Shown piece by piece: positions 1-8,499 of a stretch of 44,896 nucleotides of DNA. A program made the position numbers and the translations under genes. Numbering within the stretch: position 1 is the first letter of the stretch; the number at the start of each line of letters is the position of its first letter. Location of the stretch: NCBI GenBank assembly GCA_037142195.1, contig JBAXBA010000025.1, positions 1 to 44,896 of the forward strand, given 5' to 3'. Under the pieces are notes generated by a model, which saw only the letters and a program-made list of their open reading frames with translations, ran no database searches and was not told the origin of the DNA. Source of the stretch: Pseudomonadota bacterium. Its GTDB lineage: Bacteria > Bdellovibrionota_B > Oligoflexia > Oligoflexales > CAIMVM01.

Positions 1-855
1 GAAAGTCCGGAAACCCTTGTCAAACGGGGGAACTATTTTTGGCCGGGAATTGCTGCGCATTTCTCAGCAGATCCGACATATTCTTTGCTTGTATGCTATT
101 ATTCTTGCTGCCTTGGATAGGCAAGTGAAGTTCAAGTCCTGTGCCTACTCTAATTCCAATCTAAACTGCAATGGGAGTTTAGTACATTCCTCCACATACA
201 GGCTTCTACATAAAATTGTTCCCATCGATCGAGACCAATTGTTGTCTACCAGCTACCTCATTTGTGCTTTTTTTTAATCATGGCTGTAATAGACGCTCTA
301 AGAATTGAAATTTTTTTGGGGTACGGAAATCTTTGCAAGTAAATCTGACTCACTCCGAAACAAAATAGGATCGGAAAACCTCGTAGTGGAGTTTTTCCAA
401 GGAGACAACTAGCATCGATGAAGGGGAAAAATTACAAAGGACGAAATGATCTCCTCGCTTAGAATATCAAGCTAAATAAAGGGGGATTGTATTTAAAGTA
501 GGTGCTTAGCGTAGTGAAAATCAAGGACGTAGCCTGCAAGGCGCCTGATGCTTAGCAATCAGATAACTCGATCACTTTTCGATGTTTTTCTCTTTGAAAA
601 CGATCACCAATTATAGGAAGCACTAGCCTATGGCTTCGATTCAACGATCATAATAAAGGACGCACAAACTCATTGTGAATCGGTGGCCCCAAGATTGTAC
701 TTTGATTTTTAAGTGCATTCTCTAAAAAAACTAAAACAGCTTAGCTTCTGCCAATTGACCGAAGACTTGAATTTCATTTGCCTATGAAAACCATCAAGAA
801 TATTAGCATTTAAGCAAAATATATGTCGGGAGGTGATGCTTCTTTTTGTGATCGT

Positions 856-884
856 TTGACATAAACATCAGATTTTTGTATTTT
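856..884 (+). promoter_or_regulatory. sigma70-type promoter of the mntA-hepT operon
   Basis: TTGACA (856-861), 17-nt spacer, TATTTT (879-884), just upstream of ATG 930. Confidence 0.5.
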
Positions 885-929
885 TACTATGCATCAGCCT
901 TTGATCCCATCAGCTTTGAAAGCTCCAAA

Positions 930-1343
930 ATGTTTCTTCCAAAAGAAGATTTTCAAAAAATATCAAACTATATTGCGACCCATCTTCCGCAGTGCGCAGG
1001 CGCCTATTTATTTGGATCGGCTGTTAACGGTAATTTCACAAATCAAAGCGATATTGATATCGCAATCTTGTCAGAAGTGGAACTAGACTCAGGGGACATA
1101 CTCCGTATAAAAGGTTATATCTCTGCAACGCTCGGGCGAGACTCGGACATCGTGGACTTGATGCGTGCTGACTGGGTTACAGCAAGTCAAGTCGTAGCGT
1201 TTGGTGAGGTTCTTGTCTGCCATCAACCTCTTGTGCTTGGCAATTTTGAAGTTTATGCCTTATCCAGGTATGCACATTTTAATAAGGAACGAGAGGAGAT
1301 TTTGCTCGATATTGCAGATAAAGGAACGATTTATGGTGGATGA
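930..1343 (+). CDS. mntA: MntA-type minimal nucleotidyltransferase antitoxin (type VII TA)
   Basis: GS-x10-DxD motif (FGSAVNGNFTNQSDID); overlaps downstream HEPN gene by 11 nt; ATG 930 preferred over TTG 876 because the promoter overlaps 876. Confidence 0.85.
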   Translation: MFLPKEDFQKISNYIATHLPQCAGAYLFGSAVNGNFTNQSDIDIAILSEVELDSGDILRIKGYISATLGRDSDIVDLMRADWVTASQVVAFGEVLVCHQPLVLGNFEVYALSRYAHFNKEREEILLDIADKGTIYGG

Positions 1344-1743
1344 TATTCTGCTGAATAAAGCTGATATTCTTGAAAAATGCATTCGCCGGATTCACGAGGA
1401 ATATCAAAACGACTCTCAAAACCTTTTCACCCATCAAACCAAGCAAGATTCCATTATTTTAAATTTAAAAAGATCGTGCCAGGCTTCTATCGATATGGCC
1501 ATGCGCAAGGTAAAGCTATTGCGTTTGGGCTTGCCCAAAGAATCACGGGAGGCTTTTGACCTTCTTGCTAAAGCGGGAATCATTGATCCGCATTTGCTGC
1601 AAAAGATGCATGGTTTAGTCGGATTTCGGAATACGGCGATTCATAACTATAAGGCCCTTGATCTTAAAGTTGTAAAGGCGATAGTAGAGCATCATCTGGA
1701 AGATTTTTTGGCCCTTTCAAAGACCTTAATTCAATCACCTTAA
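1333..1743 (+). CDS. hepT: HepT/DUF86 HEPN RNase toxin
   Basis: R-x4-H-x-Y motif (RNTAIHNY); 136 aa from ATG 1333; directly follows the MNT gene. Confidence 0.88.
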   Translation: MVDDILLNKADILEKCIRRIHEEYQNDSQNLFTHQTKQDSIILNLKRSCQASIDMAMRKVKLLRLGLPKESREAFDLLAKAGIIDPHLLQKMHGLVGFRNTAIHNYKALDLKVVKAIVEHHLEDFLALSKTLIQSP

Positions 1744-1906
1744 TGCGTCTTTAAGCGTTAAATGGGATTTGCAAAATATGTCAGGATAGGAGGGTTTAAC
1801 TTCTTGTGCTAACCTGCGCTTTGGAGAGAGGCAATTGGCACATTTGTGGTTCACCCAGAAAGTTCGTGTACTGCAGAGTCATTTTAGATGATTTTACAGA
1901 CGAAGA

Positions 1907-1967
1907 TAGAGAGCCTGTAGAGAACCTGTAGAGAACCTGTAGAGAACCTGTAGAGAACCTGTAGAGA
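1907..1967. repeat. 11-bp tandem repeat (CCTGTAGAGAA), about 5.5 copies
   Basis: Units start at 1914, 1925, 1936, 1947 and 1958, preceded by partial TAGAGAG. Confidence 0.95.
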
Positions 1968-2623
1968 GATGCGGTGAAGTGTATCGAATCAATTCCAGCT
2001 CCGCGGGGGCTTTGTGGTGCAAAGAAGTCATCATGATTCCAATGGGGATATTTTAGATATGTTACTATTTTTAATCTAAAAGATTTGGTACACCACTCGT
2101 TTGGATAGGTTTCGTTTTTTCCTACTCCCATTCGGCAACATGCGGCTTTATTGCGTACAGAGGTCAAAATTTCCGAATTTCCGCTGCACATCGTTGAGCT
2201 TCATTTTAGATTTCAACGCGCATATTCACCCCAAACATTGACCCTATGTAGAATTGTAGCTCAGGCAAGATAGGAAAAAAATCGCGCGTGTACGAACAAC
2301 AATGAAAACAACTAAATACCGTTGGGCAAGCGGCGGCATGACAGGTGGTTGCAGAGGCATTGTGGGAATTCCGGCATATGGGTGTTCAAGGCTAGTTAGC
2401 AAGAACTGTCAAAAGGAGTAGGCAGTCCTTTAGCTGCAAGAAAAGAGGATTCGGGGACATGTAGGAACTATTCACCTTCCAACTGCCTATGGCGCGAATA
2501 TTCATGGGTATACAATGGTAAGGTTTTGAAATGGCGCAGGGCGCAGGACCTTAAACTAAAGTCTGAATTCCCAATTTGGATCTCAACTCCTAAAAGAAGA
2601 GAGGCAAGATTGAGAAATCTCCG

Positions 2624-3805
2624 CTACTTCCTTGGCTTCTGCAATTCGTTTAACTGATTGGAAATTTTTTCTAAATTGTCTTTAACGGTGGATTTTAGAT
2701 CAGCTGCCGGAAAATCAGCAAGGGCAGTCTCTAAGTATTTCTTAGCTTCCGAAAGGTAGGATTTTCTTGTTTCGACATCTGATACGAGTAGCGAGTTTTG
2801 ATAAGCGGCTGCGGCTTTTCTCCGAAGCTCCTGAGCAGCTGTGTTGGAGGTTGTCTTTAATTGAGCCTGTGCTTCCGGGTATTCGGGAGAATTGGCTGGA
2901 ACTCTCGCTAACATGGCGGCGGACTCTTTAAAGTTCCCCACCAAAGAGAGCTCTCGAGCTTTACTCACGGACGGTGCTTCCAGCGCCGCCGGAACAGTGT
3001 TGGTGTCGGTGCCCTGAGCTGAGGCATCTTCTGTTGTGCCCGTCTGCACTTGATCTTTAGGAGGCTCATTAGGGGTTACCGTAACGGCAGAGATATCTTC
3101 TTCTTTTTGATTCGCAGTCGCCATCAAAGCTCCGGTTTTCAACCAAGATTCTATCTTTTGCTGATTTCTATCACTTGCATTTTTGGCCTGTTGCAGTTTT
3201 TTCATCTGCTGATTTTTAAATTCCTGAGTAGCATCGCTTTCGGCTATTGTTAAAATAGCAAAATGATGAATGTCGGTCGATTTTAAGAAAGGATTTGTCG
3301 TTAGCTCCTCTCCTAAATTTATTTCATAATCCGAACTCATGGATTCCAGCACTCTGGGTTCGTTTTGGCTTGTCTGGTCATTATATACTGCCGCTTTGCC
3401 TTCTTCAGGTGATTTGGCAAGGGCAATCGAATGGGAGGTGTGCGCTAATATGGAAAGAGTTAGAATTGCTTTTTGCATTTCTGTTTGACTTTCGGTTCCA
3501 GAAATTGCAGCAAGTACCTCGTCCTGAAAAACAGTAAATTCTATGGTTTGTAGGTTAGATGTTTTTGAGACGGACTCAGCGAATTGGACAAGATAGGTGT
3601 ATATATTGTCGTTCAGTCCTTGAAGGACCTTATCCATATTACTTGAAGACGTACTTTTTTTGTTACGAGAAGCTTGTTTAGAGTCCTTTGTATCTAAAGG
3701 AAGAGCTCCTTTAGAAGTACTAACAAGGGGCTTTTCGGGAGGGGGGGTAGGCGAAGAAACGCAGGCATAGGAAACAAATATTAAGACGAGACTCAGCTTA
3801 CCCAT
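2624..3805 (-). CDS. Hypothetical lipoprotein with helical/TPR-like C-terminus
   Basis: Long ORF; lipobox-like signal MGKLSLVLIFVSYA-C; GAGG SD before ATG 3805 (ORF extends to 3817). Confidence 0.75.
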   Translation of the reverse strand: MGKLSLVLIFVSYACVSSPTPPPEKPLVSTSKGALPLDTKDSKQASRNKKSTSSSNMDKVLQGLNDNIYTYLVQFAESVSKTSNLQTIEFTVFQDEVLAAISGTESQTEMQKAILTLSILAHTSHSIALAKSPEEGKAAVYNDQTSQNEPRVLESMSSDYEINLGEELTTNPFLKSTDIHHFAILTIAESDATQEFKNQQMKKLQQAKNASDRNQQKIESWLKTGALMATANQKEEDISAVTVTPNEPPKDQVQTGTTEDASAQGTDTNTVPAALEAPSVSKARELSLVGNFKESAAMLARVPANSPEYPEAQAQLKTTSNTAAQELRRKAAAAYQNSLLVSDVETRKSYLSEAKKYLETALADFPAADLKSTVKDNLEKISNQLNELQKPRK

Positions 3806-3857
3806 TTCATACCTCATTCAAATCAAAAGATCATAGATTATTATACATTAGATTTTC

Positions 3858-5096
3858 TTAGAACATGAAGCCCAAATTGATCAAGTAGCGTGTGTCTGGA
3901 CGTGGTGTCGGGCCTGATGCGATATCTTTGCCATATCGCGCTATATCAATAATCAAGCCGCTTCCTAGTGTCATAGTCCCGCCGACGGAAAATGAAGTTT
4001 GATTCATCCCTAATTTAAGACGAAACGGACTGGCTGCTAGGGGGTTTCCTAGAAAAAATTCCATTCCCGCATGGAGCATGCGATCTAGAGGGATGTCGGA
4101 AAGTCCGTAGTTTTTGGAGCCTGAAGCATAAGCTAAATTGTGAACATCCACTGCTAGTCGCGTCGATACGGTCTTTGAGAATCGAGGCGTAATGGAAAAA
4201 CCAAGGCGAATGTCGGTAGGGTCAACAGCGCGAGGGTCGTCGGCCGAAATGTCACCCTTAAAAACTGTGCCACATACTGACTCTCGTGTTTCGTTGAATG
4301 GATTCAGGTAATTATCCATGCAGCCAGTGGGAAGGTTAAAGATTGCAAAGCCTACAGTCGGAAACCAAAAATCGGGATATGTGTAGAGCCCCCCCAAGTC
4401 AATGGCGAGTCCTTTTGTATTGGAACCTTTTGGTTTAAGGTTGTCCTCAAATCCAGATTTAGTAGTGAGTTGAGAGAGCGGGGTTTTGGTGTTGAGAGAG
4501 AAGCGTGAGGCAATATACCTAAATTGAAACCCAAAGCTGGCTCTGTTGGATTTGTCAGCAAATGCAAAGTTGACGAGACCTGCCGTATCAGAGAGGATAT
4601 TCGACCGGACGTTTGTTGAGCCATCTATTTTTCCAGTAATATCTTCTGAGTCAACTTGCATTTGCGTGGTAGTGTGGTTGTAAAATGCGACCCCAATAGG
4701 GTTGCTAGGGTTTTGACTAAAAATGCCAATAAGTTCTGCGCCGCCAGCGACCCAAACAGGTCTCTCGCCATTAGACTCATTCAAGGCATCCGTGATGATT
4801 TCAAATCGTTTTGAACTTGAAGACAATTTAGAAATGTTAGCGGCAACTTTTTTATTGTTGGCGCCGAAGGTCATATTTGGTGTTCGGTAGAGGGGAACTC
4901 GCTCTTTGCTTCGTGCCTTTTTTGTTCGCACGATCCCTGCGGGATTGGTCCAGAATGCGGAATCATCATTGGCAACTGAAGTGTAGGCACCGCCCATTGA
5001 CATCGCTGCCGGATGGTCCCAGACCGTAGGGACTTCAGCTGATAAACCTTCAAGGCTGATCGCAGCTATTCCCAAAAGTGCTAAAGCGAACTTCAT
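3858..5096 (-). CDS. Outer-membrane beta-barrel protein (FadL/TraF/PorV-like N-terminus)
   Basis: Signal peptide, AMSMGGAYTSVANDDSAFWTNPAG motif, alternating beta-strands, C-terminal Phe. Confidence 0.7.
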   Translation of the reverse strand: MKFALALLGIAAISLEGLSAEVPTVWDHPAAMSMGGAYTSVANDDSAFWTNPAGIVRTKKARSKERVPLYRTPNMTFGANNKKVAANISKLSSSSKRFEIITDALNESNGERPVWVAGGAELIGIFSQNPSNPIGVAFYNHTTTQMQVDSEDITGKIDGSTNVRSNILSDTAGLVNFAFADKSNRASFGFQFRYIASRFSLNTKTPLSQLTTKSGFEDNLKPKGSNTKGLAIDLGGLYTYPDFWFPTVGFAIFNLPTGCMDNYLNPFNETRESVCGTVFKGDISADDPRAVDPTDIRLGFSITPRFSKTVSTRLAVDVHNLAYASGSKNYGLSDIPLDRMLHAGMEFFLGNPLAASPFRLKLGMNQTSFSVGGTMTLGSGLIIDIARYGKDIASGPTPRPDTRYLINLGFMF

Positions 5097-5394
5097 GATT
5101 CCCCCATGGGCACCTCATCGGAGAGAATGAGGAGCAAATGAGCGGAAAATACTGCCGACTTCTGAAAAGTATCCTTTATTATTGCTGAAACCGAGAGCTA
5201 GCATGGCGTGAGGGGTGTGCATGGGCCTATTTTCAGGTCAAGGTCCTAAGAAGTAGGTTCTGCTCCAGGGAGGCGAGGGATTGGGAGCGCATCAATACAA
5301 GAGCCCCCTCGAGGGCAGAGGAAGGTCATAGGATTTAGGCTCTACAATTAAAGCCAACTATAAATAACTGGAAGAGACTTCTAAAATAAAGTCC

Positions 5395-5961
5395 CTAGAT
5401 TTTAGAAGCAAGTTCCATGGCGAGCATTTCTATATCTTCTTTTTCTTGCGACAGTTTCTTAAGAGTCTCATGGCTACGAGCAAGCTTTTCCTCAAGTAAC
5501 TGGATTTTTTCATCTCTCAGCTTTAGCAGCTCATCTTTAGAGGAAACGATTTGGGAGGTGATCTCTCTTGCTTGGGCTAAAGACTGTTGGGCAAACTTGA
5601 GAATCTCACGGTTTTCTTCTTTGGCAAGGCTTAAATGATCTATAAGCAGGGCCATTTCTGGGTTTTGGACCGAGGCCCCTGTTAAAGACAAATGATTTGC
5701 ACCTTGTGCCCATAGGCTGGGGAGCTCTTCGTGATCTAAGGCTGCACCTTCTACCCGAACTTGTGGTGTTAGGATATAAACTTCGCCACCAAATTCCCGC
5801 GCTTCCAGCTTGCCTGCTCGAATCTCTTCCCAGACATCAAATGGGGCACGCTTCGTTGAAATACAGTACTGCTCTAAAGTTAAGGCATGATCATCAAAGT
5901 TAGGATTATGTCTTTGAAATCTTGATTTTTTTAAGTCTTTTTTACTATTTTCGTGAATCAT
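5395..5961 (-). CDS. Hypothetical protein: N-terminal HTH-like segment plus C-terminal coiled coil
   Basis: 188-aa ORF; LTLEQYC...EIRAGKLEAREFGGEVYI resembles an excisionase/MerR-like HTH; heptad-rich tail. Confidence 0.6.
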   Translation of the reverse strand: MIHENSKKDLKKSRFQRHNPNFDDHALTLEQYCISTKRAPFDVWEEIRAGKLEAREFGGEVYILTPQVRVEGAALDHEELPSLWAQGANHLSLTGASVQNPEMALLIDHLSLAKEENREILKFAQQSLAQAREITSQIVSSKDELLKLRDEKIQLLEEKLARSHETLKKLSQEKEDIEMLAMELASKI

Positions 5962-6087
5962 TCTTTACACCCCAACTAGGTGAACTTTCCATTTTTACAG
6001 GCATTTTATTTCATGTATGCCTAAACGACAGGTAAAATGTCTAGTAGGAAGTCTATATGCATTTTAATTAATTGACAAAGGTTCTAG

Positions 6088-8421
6088 ATGAAAAAAGTAT
6101 GGAAAGCGATCCGGGAAAAATTTCCATTGATTCTCATAACTTGTGTGGTTGTCGGCGTGTGCTCTGGGTTGCTTTTTCGGCACTATAAGAATATAGGCAG
6201 CAGAAACTATGATTTTATCTATGAGCTTGAGGCCGACCTCCTTGACCTGCGGTTTAGGCTTCGCGGGTCTCAAAAGCCGAAAACCAAAATAGGCATTTTA
6301 GCAATTGATGATAAAAGCCTAAAACAGTTTGGTCGATGGCCTTTTTCAAGAGTCTTCTATGAAAAAGCACTCATTAATCTTAAAGCTGCGGGAGTGAAGT
6401 GGATCGGTTTTGATGCCATTTTCAGTGAGCCAGAAATTTCTTCCCTTAAGGATGCAGATCCTCTAATCAAAGGGCTTTTAGCAAACCCCAAAAAAGGTCC
6501 GCAGATTCTTTCTGGTATTTCCAAACTTCATGAAATGTCACCCGGAGACCATTCCTTTTCAAATGCCATCCGAGATTTCGATCATCTTGTAACGGGGTTC
6601 TACTACTACGAAACCAAAGATGAAGTTGAACAAGGGGGCGCTAGCAAAAATCCATTTCCAGATCCCAAGTACTTTGAAAGTAGCGCCATACAAGCTGTTA
6701 TATTTCCCGAAGGCAAGTCGCTTGCTGACTACGACTATTCTCTTAAAGTTTTTGGTGCGGTTGCCAATATCCCCATTATTTCACAAGCTTCCAATTACAC
6801 AGCTTTCTTTGCCAACAATCCAGATCGAGATGCCGTTGTTAGGTGGGTGAGTCTGGTAAGAAATGTTAATGGTCAGCTTCTTCCTTCGCTATCTTTAAAG
6901 GTCGCAGCTGAAGCCATGAATCGGGACATTGCCGTTTTTTTCGACCAAATAGGAGTTGAAAGCATTGCGCTCGTCAATCGAGATAATGATTCTGATTCCA
7001 TAGAAATTCCTGTCGACTATTTAGGAAGTGGGCGAGCGCTGCTTAAGCACCGAGGTGTGGGGCGCACTACATTTGAAAACATTAGCCTTGCAGATGCATA
7101 CAATAACTCTTTCACAAAACAACAGAAAAATTGGCTCAAACATTCGGTATTGTTTCTGGGTGCTACTGCCATTGGGATTAATGACGTAAGGCCTAACCCT
7201 TTTGATTCTACTTTAGATGGGGTAGAAAACCATGCTGCCATGGCTGATAACATAATGGGTCAAGACTTTATGAAAAGACTTCCCTCTATGCCTGACATAG
7301 AATTACGATTGGTTTTGGCTATTGGCCTTCTTTTCGGTCCCATATTGATCTTCTCTCCTGCTCTTTATGCTGGAGGCTTGTCTCTAGCATTTGCGGTGGG
7401 ATACTTTTTCTTTGATCGATACTATTGGTTTAACAAAGGGATTTGGGCCTATATGGCCATGCCTTATATTGAAATGGCTGTTCTCTTTCTTGCTATAATG
7501 CTTTACAAGTACGCGACAGAAGAGAAAGAACGACAAAAAGTAAAGGGTGCCTTTGGCCTCTACTTATCTCCTGATGTCATTGAACAGGTCCTAGATAATC
7601 CAGAAGCTCTAGCTCTAGGTGGACAAAGAAAAGAATTGACGGTCTTTTTCAGCGACGTTCGAGGCTTTACCACAATTTCTGAGTCTCTCACTCCTGAGGC
7701 CCTCTGTGATTTTATGAACGAATACTTTACACCCATGACAGCTATTATACTCAGAAGTAAAGGGGTTCTGGATAAGTATATTGGCGATGCCATAATGGCT
7801 TTTTGGGGTGCTCCGCTGGAGGTGCTAGATCAAGCTGATATTGCGGCAGAATCTTCAGTTAAAATGCTTTATGCACTAGATGTATTGAAAGCTAGATTCA
7901 AAGAGAAGGGATATCCCTCTATAGATATAGGGATAGGCCTTAATACCGGTCCGATGTCAGTAGGAAACATGGGAAGTAATGAAAGATTTACCTATACAGT
8001 CATGGGAGATGCTGTCAACCTGGGCTCTCGTTTGGAAGGTCTTACTAAAGATTATGGAATTAAAATTATGGCGAGCGAGTTTACCATAGCTCGACTAAGT
8101 AGGCCCAGGGATCACTTCTTTAGAGATTTAGATGATATTAAGGTAAAAGGTAAAAATGAGCCGGTTAAAGTCTTTGAAATTATGCGACCGGATTTACTAC
8201 CAACGGCAGAAAAAATTCGAAATCTCATCTCAGAATTTGAATTGGGGCGGAAGTTCTATCGGGCTCAAGATTTAGAGAATGCAGAAAAACATTTTACCCA
8301 ATGTATTTTGATTAGACCCGATGACGGGCCAAGTCATATCTATCTTGAGCGCCTTATTGAAATGAAAAAGTCTGGATACATCGAAAATTGGGACGGTGTG
8401 ACTAGGTTTACTCACAAATAA
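6088..8421 (+). CDS. CHASE2-domain class III adenylate cyclase
   Basis: CHASE2 motifs (ILAIDDKSL..FGRWPFSR, GVENHA), TM helices, cyclase motifs FSDVRGFT, DKYIGDA, YTVMGDAVNLGSRLE. Confidence 0.93.
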   Translation: MKKVWKAIREKFPLILITCVVVGVCSGLLFRHYKNIGSRNYDFIYELEADLLDLRFRLRGSQKPKTKIGILAIDDKSLKQFGRWPFSRVFYEKALINLKAAGVKWIGFDAIFSEPEISSLKDADPLIKGLLANPKKGPQILSGISKLHEMSPGDHSFSNAIRDFDHLVTGFYYYETKDEVEQGGASKNPFPDPKYFESSAIQAVIFPEGKSLADYDYSLKVFGAVANIPIISQASNYTAFFANNPDRDAVVRWVSLVRNVNGQLLPSLSLKVAAEAMNRDIAVFFDQIGVESIALVNRDNDSDSIEIPVDYLGSGRALLKHRGVGRTTFENISLADAYNNSFTKQQKNWLKHSVLFLGATAIGINDVRPNPFDSTLDGVENHAAMADNIMGQDFMKRLPSMPDIELRLVLAIGLLFGPILIFSPALYAGGLSLAFAVGYFFFDRYYWFNKGIWAYMAMPYIEMAVLFLAIMLYKYATEEKERQKVKGAFGLYLSPDVIEQVLDNPEALALGGQRKELTVFFSDVRGFTTISESLTPEALCDFMNEYFTPMTAIILRSKGVLDKYIGDAIMAFWGAPLEVLDQADIAAESSVKMLYALDVLKARFKEKGYPSIDIGIGLNTGPMSVGNMGSNERFTYTVMGDAVNLGSRLEGLTKDYGIKIMASEFTIARLSRPRDHFFRDLDDIKVKGKNEPVKVFEIMRPDLLPTAEKIRNLISEFELGRKFYRAQDLENAEKHFTQCILIRPDDGPSHIYLERLIEMKKSGYIENWDGVTRFTHK

Positions 8422-8499
8422 ACAAAGATCAGCATATATCTATCGTCTAATAGGAACGATTCCTTTCACCACTATTCTCTTCGCCGCCAGTCCTTTAAC

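Noticed and set aside
17..277. 86-aa plus ORF
   Set aside because: TTG start, no motif, overlaps inverted repeats and a probable opposite-strand promoter
1201..1332. N-terminal extension of HepT in the ORF track
   Set aside because: Lies inside mntA; ATG 1333 gives the typical HepT length
1907..1967. Repeat as a CRISPR array
   Set aside because: Units are 11 bp and contiguous, with no spacers and no cas genes
1796..2191. 131-aa minus ORF
   Set aside because: Runs through the tandem repeat, has no SD and no recognisable motif; likely spurious
5097..5394. Possible 6S-like ncRNA in a GC-richer intergenic gap
   Set aside because: Could not build the long rod with a central bubble by eye; needs an Infernal search
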